A stretch of 64,000 bases of DNA from Eubacteriales bacterium (GTDB lineage: Bacteria > Bacillota > Clostridia > Oscillospirales > CAG-272): the NCBI GenBank assembly GCA_045612185.1, contig JAZKYO010000030.1, forward strand, positions 159,265 to 223,264, written 5' to 3'. Below the pieces are notes generated by a model. It was not told where the DNA came from. It searched no databases and was given only the letters and a program-made list of their open reading frames with translations. The position numbers and the translations under genes are program-made. Shown one piece after another: positions 37,577-48,692 of this stretch. Position 1 is the stretch's first letter. Each line of letters begins with the position of its first letter.

Positions 37577-38482
37577 TCACTCAAACAACGCGCTTACGAA
37601 TTCATCGCAATCAAACTCTTTCATATCGTCTATCTTCTCGCCCACGCCGATAAACTTTACGGGAATATCAAGCTCACGCTTTATCGATATAACGATACCG
37701 CCCTTGGCTGTGCCGTCAAGCTTATTGAGAACGAGACCCGTAATCTCGGCAGCGTTTTTAAACTCCTTAGCCTGAAGGATAGCGTTCTGACCTGTGGTCG
37801 CGTCAAGCACGAGAAGGTTTTCTCTGCTTGCGCCCGGAAGCTCGCGGTCTATAACACGGTTTATCTTTTCAAGCTCATTCATAAGATTCTTCTTATTATG
37901 GAGTCTGCCTGCCGTATCTATTACAAGAACGTCCGCGCCCTTATTTTTAGCGTAATTTGCCGCGTCAAAGACGACTGCCGCGGGGTCGCTTCCCTCGTTT
38001 TGTCTGACGAGTTCGACTCCCGAACGCTCGCACCAAACCGCAAGCTGGTCAATAGCCGCCGCGCGGAAGGTATCCGCCGCCGCTACCACAACCTTTTTGC
38101 CCTGCGATTTGAGAATATTGGTTATTTTACCGATAGACGTGGTTTTTCCCGCTCCGTTTACACCGATAACAAGAATTACCGAAGGCTTGGTTTCAAGCAC
38201 AAGGGGCGCGCCCTCTCCTATCATTCCGCCGAGAATTGATTTCAGCGCGATTATAACGTCCTCTTTTTCCTTAAGTCTGCCGTCTTTTATACGCTCTCTC
38301 AGCTCCTCGATGATTTCCTCGGTTGCGCCGACTCCGACGTCCGCGGAAATAAGAAGCTCCTCAAGCTCCTCAAGCATGTCCTCGTCAACCTTAACGAATG
38401 CTTTGAGTATATTTTCTACTTGTCCGAAGATAGCGTTTTTTGTTTTCAGCAAGCCTGCTTTAAGCTTATCCAAAAAGCCCAT
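37577..38482 (-). CDS. ftsY: Signal recognition particle receptor FtsY
   Basis: 301 aa. It has [22 protein letters not shown] and [12 protein letters not shown]. It overlaps the smc 3' end by 17 nt. Confidence 0.95.
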   Translation of the reverse strand: MGFLDKLKAGLLKTKNAIFGQVENILKAFVKVDEDMLEELEELLISADVGVGATEEIIEELRERIKDGRLKEKEDVIIALKSILGGMIGEGAPLVLETKPSVILVIGVNGAGKTTSIGKITNILKSQGKKVVVAAADTFRAAAIDQLAVWCERSGVELVRQNEGSDPAAVVFDAANYAKNKGADVLVIDTAGRLHNKKNLMNELEKINRVIDRELPGASRENLLVLDATTGQNAILQAKEFKNAAEITGLVLNKLDGTAKGGIVISIKRELDIPVKFIGVGEKIDDMKEFDCDEFVSALFE

Positions 38483-41400
38483 CCCACTCTTCTCCTTTCT
38501 TCTTGGCTATATCGTCCACGTCGAGCCCCAGCACCTTTGAGATACCGTGCTCGGGCATGGTTACACCGTAAAGGCGTGTTGCCGCTTCCATAGTTCCGCG
38601 GCGGTGTGTAATGATAACGAACTGTGTTCCGCGGGAATAACGTTTAATATATTCCGAGAATCTCGCTACGTTGACCTCATCCAGCGCCGCCTCAATCTCG
38701 TCGAAGATACAGAAGGGTGTGGGGTTAGTCTGAAGGATAGCGAACAACAGCGCAATAGCAACAAAGGATTGCTCTCCGCCCGAAAGTTGCATAAGGCTCT
38801 TGATCTTCTTTCCGGGGGGATTAGCGATGATCTCTATACCGCTGGTAAGCACGTCATCGGGGTCGGTAAGCACGATCTGCGCGTTTCCACCGCCGAACAG
38901 CTCGGAAAAGGTTTTTCCGAAGTTTTCGTTTATCTTGTTGAATACGTCTACAAACGCCGTGCGCATCTCGCCCTCGAGCGAAGTGATAATCTTTACAAGC
39001 TCGGCACGCGAATCTGTCAGATCTTTTATCTGACCCGCCATATAATCGTATCTTTCCTTAACCTCTTTGTACTTATTCACCGCATCAAGGTCAACGTTAC
39101 CTATTGCGCGTAACTTATTACGGCACTCAACCTGCTTTGCGGCAGTTGCGGAACGAGTCGCCTGAGTAATTGGTGGATATCCCAACGCTACTGCCTCGGC
39201 TCTGGTCATTTCGTAATCGTCCCAAAGCTTTGTAGCAAGCTTATCCTGCTCTGCTCTGAGCGCATTAAGCCTATTTTCGTTTTTGGTATTTTCTCTGAAT
39301 ATATTGTCCTTATCGGACTGCTTTTCGCGAAGCTTGACATTAAGCGCGCCAATCTTTTTCTCAAACTCGAAGTTATCCGCCTCAAGCGCGGCGCGTTTTT
39401 CGGTAAGTTCTTCAAGCAGCTTTTCGCCTCGCGCAAGAGCCTCGCGGTTATCCTTCTGCGACTGCTCAAATGCCTCTATCTGCGCCTTATAGCCCTCAAT
39501 TTTTGCCATTTGCGCAGCGATATTTTCTCTCAGAGCAGCCATATTATCATTGTTTGAGCCGAGGAAGGTGCGCTCGGTTTCGATGTCCTTCTCGGTTTCA
39601 CTTATCTTGATATAGAGTTCTGTCAGCGACTCCGCAAGCTTTTCTTCTTCTTCAATCAGCTCTCCGCGTTCAATATCCTTTGCGGTTCTGAACTCACCGA
39701 CCTCAGCTATTGCCTCCTCAAGCTCCTTGGCTCTCGCCGCAAGCATTTCAGCCTCTTCCTCATACCTCATCTTCTGCTCGACAACGTTGCCGTAGTCAAG
39801 TCTGAGCTTATCGGCGAGGGTATTATTGGCTTCAAGCTTCGCTTTGAGTTGTTCGAGGATGGAGCTTTCGCCGCTTCTCATAACCTCAAGTATACGGCGC
39901 TTGTCCTCAAGCGCCTCTATTTCTTCCTCAATTTCGCTTATGCTCTTATCAAGCGAGTCAAGCTTTGCGGAAAGCTCCTTCATCTCGGAGTCAAGCTTGG
40001 CAATTTCTTCTTCAAGGCGTTTGATTTCTCCGTTTCTGGAAAGTATACCGCTGCGGCTCTTGACAGATCCGCCGGTAAACGAACCGCCCACTTGAATCTG
40101 CTGACCGTCAAGCGTAACCACCTTTACTCTGTACTTGAGCGCCTTTGCCATTTTGGTGGCGTTATCAATATTGTCAAAGACCACCGTTCTTCCAAGCAAG
40201 GAAGAAACGATATTTGAAAATTTGGAGTCGCAGTCCACAAGCTTGTCCGCATAGGAAATAAAGCCGTCAAACTTCTTAGCCTCTTCCATCTCGTGTGTAA
40301 CGCTCTGAGGCTGCATTGAGGTAAGGGGGAAGAAGGTTGCACGTCCCGCCTCGGCACGTTTAAGCGCGAACATAGCGTTTTTGGCGGTTTCCTCGTCCTC
40401 AACAACGATGTGCTGAAGATTAGCCGCAAGCGCGGTTTCGATAGCTGTTACGTACCTGTCCTCTACGTTTATAACCTTTGAAAACGGTCCGTAAATAGTG
40501 CCGCAGGTATTTCCGTGTTTATCGGTAATTTTACCCTCAGCGTAGGCTTTCATAACGTATCTTACGCTGTTACTGTAACCCTCAAACTGTTCTTCCATCG
40601 CACGGAAGGTCTCGATTCTCTGGTTAGCGGTATCGCGCTTAAGTCTTAAGTCGTTAGCCTTTTCGTCAATTTCGTCACGCTCAGTATATTTTGCCTCAAG
40701 CACTGAATTTTTGCCCTTGACGTCGGCGTCAATCTCGGCAAACTTAGCGTCGTAATCTCCAAGTGTACGCTCGGACTTAGCAATGCGTTCGCCAAGCTCC
40801 TGCGCGATTTTTTCGTACTTTTCAATTTCCTCAAGCGTATAGCTGTTCTTACCGTCATCAGCCTCTTTCGCGCTGTCGATTACCGAAAGACGAACCCTGA
40901 TATCGTTTGCCTCTTTTTCATAATTTCTGATGTCAGCAAGAGCATCTGAAAGTTGAAAATCCAAGGTTTCAACAAGCTTTTTTATCTCAGCCTGACGCGC
41001 AAGATTATCGTCGTACGCTTTCTTTTGAGCAGCGTGCTTTTCTTCAAGCTCGTTTATCTTCGCCTGTCTTTCAGCCACACCCGCCTCCTCGCGCTCAATT
41101 GAACGCTCGTAGGACTTTATAAGCTCACTTGCTCCCAAAAGCATTTCATTAGTGTGCTGAATGTTGGTTTGCGAGACCATATACTCGCTTTCGAGTGTGT
41201 GGTTTATTTTAGTCTGCTCGTTTATCTGTGTAAGAAGTCTGTCAGACTCAAATCTATTCTTCTGAGAGGTCTCAAAAATTCTGTCTCTCTGCGCCTCAAT
41301 TGTCTCTATTGCCTCGGTAACGGTATTAAGGCTGAAGCTTGATTCGTTATAAAGCTTCTCAGCCTCAGCAATCTCGGTTCTGAGTTTATCGGTATCAAAA

Positions 41401-42098
41401 AGCCAAAGCTGAACGTCAACCTGCTTTTTTGTGTTAAGCAGCTCAATGGCGCGGGAAGCCTTTTCGGCTTCTTTTTCAAGAGGCGCGACCTGTGCCGAAA
41501 TTTCAACGAAAATATCGTTGATACGGGTCATATTGTCCTCGACTTCGCCAAGCTTACGCTCGGTCTCGGTCTTTTTATGTCTGTACTTAGCTATACCCGA
41601 GGCATCCTCAAAGATACTTCTTCTTTCGTCACTTTTTCTGGATATAATTTCGGCTATCTTACCCTGTCCGATGATAGAGTAGCCGTCTCGTCCGATACCC
41701 GTATTCATAAACAGCTCATAGATATCGCGAAGGCGCACCGACTGGCGGTTTATGTAATACTCACTGTCACCCGAACGGTAGTAACGTCTTGTTACCGTAA
41801 CCTCGTCATAGGGGCAGTCAAGACGGGAATCGGGGTCACGGTTGTCAAAGGTAACCGAAACCTCAGCATATCCCATCTGCTTACGGCTTTCCGATCCGCC
41901 AAAAATTATGTCCTCCATTTTTGTTCCGCGTATGTTCTTTGTAGAGAGTTCACCGAGAACCCATCTCATAGCGTCTGAGATGTTGGATTTACCGCTTCCG
42001 TTAGGACCGACTATAACCGTCGCGCCCGACTCGAAATTAAGCTTGGTTTTATCGGGGAAGGATTTAAAGCCCTGGAGCTCAAGAGATTTAAGATACAA
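38466..42098 (-). CDS. smc: Chromosome segregation protein SMC
   Basis: 1210 aa. It has Walker A (GPNGSGKSN), long coiled coils, a hinge, the signature motif (LSGGEQS) and Walker B ([12 protein letters not shown]). Confidence 0.96.
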   Translation of the reverse strand: MYLKSLELQGFKSFPDKTKLNFESGATVIVGPNGSGKSNISDAMRWVLGELSTKNIRGTKMEDIIFGGSESRKQMGYAEVSVTFDNRDPDSRLDCPYDEVTVTRRYYRSGDSEYYINRQSVRLRDIYELFMNTGIGRDGYSIIGQGKIAEIISRKSDERRSIFEDASGIAKYRHKKTETERKLGEVEDNMTRINDIFVEISAQVAPLEKEAEKASRAIELLNTKKQVDVQLWLFDTDKLRTEIAEAEKLYNESSFSLNTVTEAIETIEAQRDRIFETSQKNRFESDRLLTQINEQTKINHTLESEYMVSQTNIQHTNEMLLGASELIKSYERSIEREEAGVAERQAKINELEEKHAAQKKAYDDNLARQAEIKKLVETLDFQLSDALADIRNYEKEANDIRVRLSVIDSAKEADDGKNSYTLEEIEKYEKIAQELGERIAKSERTLGDYDAKFAEIDADVKGKNSVLEAKYTERDEIDEKANDLRLKRDTANQRIETFRAMEEQFEGYSNSVRYVMKAYAEGKITDKHGNTCGTIYGPFSKVINVEDRYVTAIETALAANLQHIVVEDEETAKNAMFALKRAEAGRATFFPLTSMQPQSVTHEMEEAKKFDGFISYADKLVDCDSKFSNIVSSLLGRTVVFDNIDNATKMAKALKYRVKVVTLDGQQIQVGGSFTGGSVKSRSGILSRNGEIKRLEEEIAKLDSEMKELSAKLDSLDKSISEIEEEIEALEDKRRILEVMRSGESSILEQLKAKLEANNTLADKLRLDYGNVVEQKMRYEEEAEMLAARAKELEEAIAEVGEFRTAKDIERGELIEEEEKLAESLTELYIKISETEKDIETERTFLGSNNDNMAALRENIAAQMAKIEGYKAQIEAFEQSQKDNREALARGEKLLEELTEKRAALEADNFEFEKKIGALNVKLREKQSDKDNIFRENTKNENRLNALRAEQDKLATKLWDDYEMTRAEAVALGYPPITQATRSATAAKQVECRNKLRAIGNVDLDAVNKYKEVKERYDYMAGQIKDLTDSRAELVKIITSLEGEMRTAFVDVFNKINENFGKTFSELFGGGNAQIVLTDPDDVLTSGIEIIANPPGKKIKSLMQLSGGEQSFVAIALLFAILQTNPTPFCIFDEIEAALDEVNVARFSEYIKRYSRGTQFVIITHRRGTMEAATRLYGVTMPEHGISKVLGLDVDDIAKKKGEEWDGLFG

Positions 42099-42146
42099 GG
42101 GGATACCTCCTTTTCACTGTTTTGAATATATTCTGAAACAAGTCTG

Positions 42147-43169
42147 TTATTCGATAATATCAATCATTATATTATAACTCAAAATTGAATTTTTTTCAAG
42201 GACTTTTATGCTTAAAGGCGAATATTTTTTGCAAATTCTCTCAATATTTTTCTTTTTTTGCCCAACCGCCTTTGAGGTTGAACCTTTTGAGACGTAAAAC
42301 ACCGTTTTTTTGCCTTCTATTCCGCCAATTTTTTCTATTTCCTCGCACATTTTATCATAGAAAACCTCGCCCATGGCAAGCTCACCAATAGCGCTGTGGT
42401 TAGCACCTCCGAAAACGCTTTCCGGAGAGGACAGATTATCCGACGCACAGAGTCCCACGCGTATGCACTCTACGCTGTTAGCATCGAAAATTTTAAGCAA
42501 TTCCTTGGTTCTCATTACTGCTTCGTCAGTATCTATGGGGGTATATTTCCCCGCTTTCGCCATTTCGCAAAGCTCGGTATCAAAAAACACCACGGTAGGA
42601 TAAATTCTCACGGCATCAACGCCCAATTCGCACAGAAGATTTGCTGTATATTTTTCTCTTTCGGAATCAGATTCGGGAAGTCCCACCATCATTTGCCCTA
42701 CAAGGTCAAAACCATATTTTTTAACAAGTCTGCAAGCCTTTGCGCCTTGCTCTGAGTTATGTCCTCTTTTGGTAGCTTCAAGCACTTTATCGGACATACT
42801 CTGAAGTCCAAGCTCCACTGTTTTTACGCCGTAGCGAGAAAGCAGAGTAAGTATTTCATCGTTTATATAGTCCGGGCGGGTAGAAAGCCTTATGCGCTTC
42901 ACCTTTCCCATATCGATATATTTCTGCGCGGTATCGAGCAGATATATCATAAGCTCCCTGTCAATTCCCGTAAAAGATCCGCCGAAAAAAGCAATCTCGG
43001 TATCACAGTCCTCGGTAACTGTGGTAAGCGCTTCTTTTATTTCTCGGCCAACGCTTTTGCGGTCAAACTCAAGCTTGCCCGAAATTGACCTTTGATTACA
43101 GAAAACACAGTTGTTCGGACACCCCAAATGAGGGATAAAAACAGGTATATTTACGTGTCTCATTTTCAC
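42147..43169 (-). CDS. Radical SAM protein (ELP3-like N-terminal CxxxCxxC family)
   Basis: 340 aa with IPVFIPHLGCPNNCVFCNQ. The start could also be the second Met (MRHVN). Confidence 0.78.
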   Translation of the reverse strand: MKMRHVNIPVFIPHLGCPNNCVFCNQRSISGKLEFDRKSVGREIKEALTTVTEDCDTEIAFFGGSFTGIDRELMIYLLDTAQKYIDMGKVKRIRLSTRPDYINDEILTLLSRYGVKTVELGLQSMSDKVLEATKRGHNSEQGAKACRLVKKYGFDLVGQMMVGLPESDSEREKYTANLLCELGVDAVRIYPTVVFFDTELCEMAKAGKYTPIDTDEAVMRTKELLKIFDANSVECIRVGLCASDNLSSPESVFGGANHSAIGELAMGEVFYDKMCEEIEKIGGIEGKKTVFYVSKGSTSKAVGQKKKNIERICKKYSPLSIKVLEKNSILSYNIMIDIIE

Positions 43170-43214
43170 CTCTAAAAAGCCAAAAGGGGAAGCCTTCAGG
43201 ATTCCCCGTATTGA

Positions 43215-43925
43215 TCAGATCTCCCCGAAAAGCTCAAGCGCCTGCTTAGCGGCATTCTGCTCGGCTTCTCTCTTGGAGCGTCCCTTTCCGTGACCTATTA
43301 CGTTTGAGTTGAGTTTTGCCTCCACCTCAAAAACCTTCATATGGTCGGGGCCGCTTTCGCCAACCACCGCGTACTCCAAAAAATCACCCTCGGTTTGCTG
43401 AACAAACTGCTGAAGCGCGGTTTTATAGTCGGTGGTATTTCTGCCTTCGCTGGCAATTTCGCCTATCTCGTTTTTGACAAACGGCAAAAGGAAGCGTGCA
43501 ACCGTTTCTTTATCGTTTCCCGAATCAAGATATATTGCCGCAAGCAGCGCCTCAAAGGCATCCGCGGTTATAGACGGTCGGTTTCTTCCGTTGTTTTTCT
43601 CCTCGCCGTGACCGAGATACAGATACTCTCCAAGCTCTATTTGCGCGGCGTATTTAGACAGCGCCTTTTCGCACACAAGCTCTGCTCTGAGCTTGGTAAG
43701 CTCTCCCTCGGGCAAGTATTTGTTTTTGATAAACAAGTACTCACTTACAATAATCGAAAGGACAGAATCCCCAAGAAACTCAAGTCGTTCGTTGCAGTTG
43801 ATCGATATTTTCTTAGCTCTCAGCTCGTTTGAATAAGACGAGTGGGTAAGCGCCGTGCGTATCAACTCGGGATTCTTGAATCTGTATTCTATTTTTTCCT
43901 CAAGAAGTGTAGTTTCTCTGGGCAT
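43215..43925 (-). CDS. rnc: Ribonuclease III
   Basis: 236 aa. It has the RNase III signature ERLEFLGDSVL and a C-terminal dsRBD (...GKGRSKREAEQNAAKQAL). Confidence 0.95.
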   Translation of the reverse strand: MPRETTLLEEKIEYRFKNPELIRTALTHSSYSNELRAKKISINCNERLEFLGDSVLSIIVSEYLFIKNKYLPEGELTKLRAELVCEKALSKYAAQIELGEYLYLGHGEEKNNGRNRPSITADAFEALLAAIYLDSGNDKETVARFLLPFVKNEIGEIASEGRNTTDYKTALQQFVQQTEGDFLEYAVVGESGPDHMKVFEVEAKLNSNVIGHGKGRSKREAEQNAAKQALELFGEI

Positions 43926-43966
43926 AATTTAATCCTTTTCTTAATTTTTGTTGTTTTTTCCGTATG

Positions 43967-44977
43967 TTAATTCAAATGCTTTTTTCTCGCCGCAAATTCT
44001 GCCGCAACAGCCGCTATATCGTATATAAGCCCCGATTCGCAATAGTTTACCGCTTGTCGGATGGCATTTTTGAACGCTTTTGCGTCAGACGTGCCGTGGG
44101 CTTTTATAACCGGTCTTGAGATACCGAGAAGCGGCGCGCCTCCATACTCGGACGCATCGAAGCTCTTTCTCACACCGTCAAGCTTCTTTTTAACCACAAG
44201 TGACGAAAGCTTTGACAGCGGGTTGCTGTAAACACTTTCCATTGTTCTCATTATCAGTTTTCCCATACCTTCGGTGCTTTTGAGCAACACGTTTCCCGTA
44301 AATCCGTCGGCAACAATCACGTCACAAGCGTCAAACGGAATAAGATCCGCCTCAACGTTACCCACGAAATTGATTCCGTCACGGCCGCAAAGTCTTTTGT
44401 ATGCATCAAGCTGAAGCTGAGTGCCTTTATGTGACTCCTCACCGCTGTTGAGAAGCCCCACACGCGGAGATTCAAGACCGTACATTCTCTTCATATACGC
44501 CGCTCCCATTACCGCAAATTGCTCAAGGCATTCGTCAGTAACAGAAATATTCGCTCCGCAGTCAAGCAACAGCACGGGCGAGGTCATGGGAAGCACACTT
44601 GAAAGTGCGGCTCGGTTTATTCCCTTAATCTTTCTTACAATAAGCGTAGCCCCAATGAAAAGCGCGCCGGTATTACCCGTACTTACGAAAGCGTCACCCT
44701 TTCCCTCGGAAAGCATACGCAATCCTATGCTCATTGACGAGTCATTCTTGGCACGCATTACCGAAAGCGGATCGTCCTCCACCGTTATTACGGTTTCGGT
44801 ATGTACAATTTCAAATTTGCTCAAATCAAGCGAATTATCTTCAGCCACCTGCTCGATTTGGTTTTTATCACCGACAAGAATATAGCTTGCGGTAAATTCG
44901 GCGGCAGCATCGCAAACGCCCTTTACCGTTTCAAGCGGAGCGTTATCTCCGCCCATTACGTCAACTATAATCCTCAT
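43967..44977 (-). CDS. plsX: Phosphate acyltransferase PlsX
   Basis: 336 aa. MRIIVDVMGGDNAP... and ...DVIVADGFTGNVLLK.... Confidence 0.95.
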   Translation of the reverse strand: MRIIVDVMGGDNAPLETVKGVCDAAAEFTASYILVGDKNQIEQVAEDNSLDLSKFEIVHTETVITVEDDPLSVMRAKNDSSMSIGLRMLSEGKGDAFVSTGNTGALFIGATLIVRKIKGINRAALSSVLPMTSPVLLLDCGANISVTDECLEQFAVMGAAYMKRMYGLESPRVGLLNSGEESHKGTQLQLDAYKRLCGRDGINFVGNVEADLIPFDACDVIVADGFTGNVLLKSTEGMGKLIMRTMESVYSNPLSKLSSLVVKKKLDGVRKSFDASEYGGAPLLGISRPVIKAHGTSDAKAFKNAIRQAVNYCESGLIYDIAAVAAEFAARKKHLN

Positions 44978-46323
44978 AAATCACCGGTCCTCTGTTCTGT
45001 AACGAGTGGTTTTATTCGTTCTATTTCTTCAAGGGCTCGCGCGGCTACCACTTCATAGCGGGCTACCTTTCCGCCCTTTACTCTCGTTGGAAACGGTTCT
45101 ACAATTCCGAAATTAGCATTCATGGGAACAAACTCACCGTTTCCGCCGTTTGCAACGTAGTGTGCCATTGCGCCTATCATTGTTGTTTTAGCGAAGAATA
45201 TGGGTTCTTCACCACTCAGTCTCCTAACCGCATTCAGTCCCGCAACAAAGCCTGAGCCGGTAGACTCGATATATCCCTCGACTCCTGTCATCTGACCCGC
45301 GAAATACACGCTTGGGCTATTCTTCATAGAATAGTCGGCATCAAGAACACAGGGAGAATTAAGGTAGGTATTTCGGTGCATTATTCCGTATCTCAAAAAC
45401 TCAGCGTTTTCAAGTCCGGGGATAAGTCCGAACACTCTTTTCTGTTCGGGAAACGCGAGGTGCGTCTGAAAACCTACCAAGTTGTACATAGTTCCCTCGG
45501 CATTTTCCTTACGAAGCTGTACAACGGCATAAGACTCTTTACCGGTACGTTTATCCACAAGTCCTACGGGCTTTAACGGACCGTAGCGCAAAGTATCGTA
45601 GCCTCTTTTTGCCATAACCTCTACGGGCATACAGCCCTCAAAGACCTTAAGCTCCTTCTGCATTTCGCGATCAAAATCCTTAAGCTCCGCCTCTCTTGCG
45701 CCCACAAGAGCCTCATAAAACACGTCGTACTGCTCTTTGGTCATAGGGCAGTTGATATAATCGGCGTCGCCTTTATCGTATCTTGACGCAAAAAACGCCA
45801 CGTCCATATTGATTGTGGAAAAGTCCACTATCGGGGCGGCGGCATCAAAGAAATGAAGACTTCCGCACCCCAACTCCTCCTCAATGAACTTAGCCATTTT
45901 ATCGGAAGTAAGGGGGCCTGTCGCGATAACGTTTATCGCCTCTCTGTCGATATTTTCCGCCTCTTGGTTGATTATCTCTATATTTTTATGGTTCTTTATC
46001 TTTTGGGTAACATAGTCTGAAAAGAGCTTTCTGTCCACCGCAAGCGCAGAGCCCGCAGGAACTCTCGTGGCATACGCCGCTTCCATTATCAGCGAGCCCA
46101 TTCTCGCAAGCTCCTCTTTTAGCAATCCCACCGCGTTGGTGGTTCTGTCAGAACGAAGGGAATTTGAGCAAACAAGCTCCGCAAACCCCTCGGAGTGATG
46201 GGCGGGGGTGTATTTATTGGGTTTCATCTCATAAAGCTTTACCTTTACTCCGCGCTCGGCTATCTGCCAAGCCGCCTCACACCCCGCAAGACCCGCTCCG
46301 TATACGTTAATATAATCTTTCAC
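44974..46323 (-). CDS. trmFO: Methylenetetrahydrofolate--tRNA-(uracil-5-)-methyltransferase TrmFO
   Basis: 449 aa. It has the FAD motif VYGAGLAGCEAAWQ and ...FAGQMTGVEGYIES.... It lies downstream of topA, as in Bacillus. Confidence 0.95.
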   Translation of the reverse strand: MKDYINVYGAGLAGCEAAWQIAERGVKVKLYEMKPNKYTPAHHSEGFAELVCSNSLRSDRTTNAVGLLKEELARMGSLIMEAAYATRVPAGSALAVDRKLFSDYVTQKIKNHKNIEIINQEAENIDREAINVIATGPLTSDKMAKFIEEELGCGSLHFFDAAAPIVDFSTINMDVAFFASRYDKGDADYINCPMTKEQYDVFYEALVGAREAELKDFDREMQKELKVFEGCMPVEVMAKRGYDTLRYGPLKPVGLVDKRTGKESYAVVQLRKENAEGTMYNLVGFQTHLAFPEQKRVFGLIPGLENAEFLRYGIMHRNTYLNSPCVLDADYSMKNSPSVYFAGQMTGVEGYIESTGSGFVAGLNAVRRLSGEEPIFFAKTTMIGAMAHYVANGGNGEFVPMNANFGIVEPFPTRVKGGKVARYEVVAARALEEIERIKPLVTEQRTGDL

Positions 46324-46352
46324 TTTATAGCCTCCGATCGAGGCTTAAAGCC

Positions 46353-48641
46353 TCAGTTTTCCTCGTTATTTTCTTCTGCCGCTTCTTCCTCTGCCTTGCG
46401 TTTATATCCGCATTTTTCATTATGGCAAACTATCATCGGCACTCTGCCCTTTTTGCGGAAGAGGAGCTCGCCGCAATCGGGACATTTTTCACTTATCGGC
46501 ATATCCCACGATGAGAAATCGCATTCGGGATAATGCTCACAGCTGTAAAATACCGTTCTGCCCGATCTTCCGTGTCTTGTAAGGACGGTGGATCCGCACT
46601 TGGGACACGGAGCTTCAATGGGCTCGGTTTTTTGCTTTGTAAACTTACATTCGGGGTAATTTACACAAGCGTAGAAGCTTCCGTAAGGACCTTTTTTAAG
46701 AACCATATCGCTTCCGCACTTTTCGCACTTAAAGTCGGCTATCGGCTCTTCCTTTTTAGTTTCGGTGGTCTCAAGAGGCTTGGTATTTTTACACGTGGGA
46801 TAGTTGGGGCAAGCCGCAAATTTTCCGAATCTGCCGCTCTTAACTATCATTCTGCTTCCGCACTTATCGCAAATAATATCGGTTTCTTCTACAGGAACCT
46901 CGATTCCCTCGCTTCCAATGTTCTTTTCCGCCTCCGAAAGTTTCTTTTCAAAGTCATTCCAGAAGTCTGCCAAAACCGAATTAAGTTCGACTTTTCCGTT
47001 TTCGATATCATCGAGAGAATCCTCGACGCTTGCGGTAAACTTATAGTCTACTATGTCGCTGAAATTCTCCTTCATCAGCTTGGTAATAAGCTCACCGAGC
47101 TGAGTGGGAACAAAGGCCTTATTCTCCTTCTTAACATAGTTTCTCGCCACGATAGTGGTTATAATCGGAACGTAGGTACTAGGACGTCCGATTCCCTTTT
47201 CCTCAAGGAACTTAACAAGCGACGCTTCGTTGTATCTGGGGGGCGCTTCGGTATAATGCTTATTGGAAATAATCGAATCCGACTCAAGCATCTGTCCCTC
47301 GGAAAGGTTAGGAATACGGATATCCTTGATTTCCTTGATTTCGTCAGCGGTTGAAAGATTTTCCTCCTCGCTTTCCTCATAGATAGCCATATATCCCTGG
47401 AAAGATACCGAATAACCGCTTGCCTTAAATGTATAACCGTGGCAATCAAAGTCGGCACTTACGGTATCAAGCTCAGCCGCCTCCATCTGGCTCGCCACAA
47501 AACGCTCCCAAATAAGCTTATAAAGCTTATACTGATCGGACGTAAGCTGCTTTTTGATCATAGCGGGCTCAATTGCTACGCGAGCGGGGCGGATTGCCTC
47601 GTGCGCGTCCTGAGCGCCTGCTCTGGACTTGTAGTTTCTCGGAAGCTGAGGGCAATACTCCGCTCCGTATTTTTCAACGATGAGCGCTCTTGTCTCATTC
47701 TGTGCGTCAACCGAAACTCTGGGCGAGTCGGTACGCATATAGGTAATAAGACCCTGAGTGCCACCGAACTCAGCGCCGAGATTTATACCCTCGTAAAGCT
47801 CCTGAGCCACACGCATGATACGCGCCGTCTGGAAGTTGAGTTTTCTTGACGCTTCTTGCTGAAGGGTGGAGGTGATAAAGGGCGGCAAGGGGCTCTTTTT
47901 GCGCTTAGCGCGTTTAATGCTCTCAACCTTGAAATTCTTTCCTTCAACAGCAGAAAGTATAGCCTGAGCCTCGGTCTCGTTTTTAATTTTTATCTTCTTT
48001 CCGTCCGCACCGTAGAAATGGACGCGGAAATTCTTAAGGTTATCGTTTGTATTGAGTATTGCGTCAATAGTCCAATACTCCTCCGGAACAAACGCTCTGA
48101 TTTCTTCCTCGCGGTCAACGATTATTCTGGTTGCCACAGACTGTACGCGTCCCGCAGAAAGTCCACTCTTAACGTTTTTCCAAAGGAAAGGCGAGAGCTT
48201 ATAGCCCACTATTCTGTCAAGTATACGGCGAGCCTGCTGAGCGTTAACGATAGACATATCGATATTTCTCGGCTCTTTTACAGCCGCTTTTACCACTCCG
48301 GGAGTGATTTCGTTAAAGCTTATGCGATAGGTTTTTTCAAGCGGGATACCCAACGTATTCGCAAGATGCCACGCAATCGCCTCTCCCTCACGGTCAGGGT
48401 CAGTTGCGAAAAAGACTTTTTTAGCCGCTTTGGCTTCTTTGCGGATCTCTTTGATTATATCTCCTTTTCCTCGAATGTTTATATAGTGAGGTGCGAAATC
48501 GTTTTCGATATCTACACCGAGTGTGCTTTTGGGAAGGTCTCTTACGTGACCCAAAGATGCGATCACCTTGTAGTTAGATCCGAGATATTTCTTTACCGCG
48601 GCAATTTTATTAGGTGACTCCATGATTACAAGATTGCTCAT
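46353..48641 (-). CDS. topA: DNA topoisomerase I
   Basis: It has a Toprim N-terminus (MSNLVIMESPNKIAAVKKYLG) and four C-terminal C4 zinc ribbons. I chose the start at 48641 because it matches the canonical TopA N-terminus. The track start at 48689 adds 16 aa and has no RBS, but the RBS for 48641 is also distant, so the start is not certain. Confidence 0.93.
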   Translation of the reverse strand: MSNLVIMESPNKIAAVKKYLGSNYKVIASLGHVRDLPKSTLGVDIENDFAPHYINIRGKGDIIKEIRKEAKAAKKVFFATDPDREGEAIAWHLANTLGIPLEKTYRISFNEITPGVVKAAVKEPRNIDMSIVNAQQARRILDRIVGYKLSPFLWKNVKSGLSAGRVQSVATRIIVDREEEIRAFVPEEYWTIDAILNTNDNLKNFRVHFYGADGKKIKIKNETEAQAILSAVEGKNFKVESIKRAKRKKSPLPPFITSTLQQEASRKLNFQTARIMRVAQELYEGINLGAEFGGTQGLITYMRTDSPRVSVDAQNETRALIVEKYGAEYCPQLPRNYKSRAGAQDAHEAIRPARVAIEPAMIKKQLTSDQYKLYKLIWERFVASQMEAAELDTVSADFDCHGYTFKASGYSVSFQGYMAIYEESEEENLSTADEIKEIKDIRIPNLSEGQMLESDSIISNKHYTEAPPRYNEASLVKFLEEKGIGRPSTYVPIITTIVARNYVKKENKAFVPTQLGELITKLMKENFSDIVDYKFTASVEDSLDDIENGKVELNSVLADFWNDFEKKLSEAEKNIGSEGIEVPVEETDIICDKCGSRMIVKSGRFGKFAACPNYPTCKNTKPLETTETKKEEPIADFKCEKCGSDMVLKKGPYGSFYACVNYPECKFTKQKTEPIEAPCPKCGSTVLTRHGRSGRTVFYSCEHYPECDFSSWDMPISEKCPDCGELLFRKKGRVPMIVCHNEKCGYKRKAEEEAAEENNEEN

Positions 48642-48692
48642 TTTAATTTCTATTCCTTTCCGACGATGTTCGTCAAAGATATGTACCATCTG

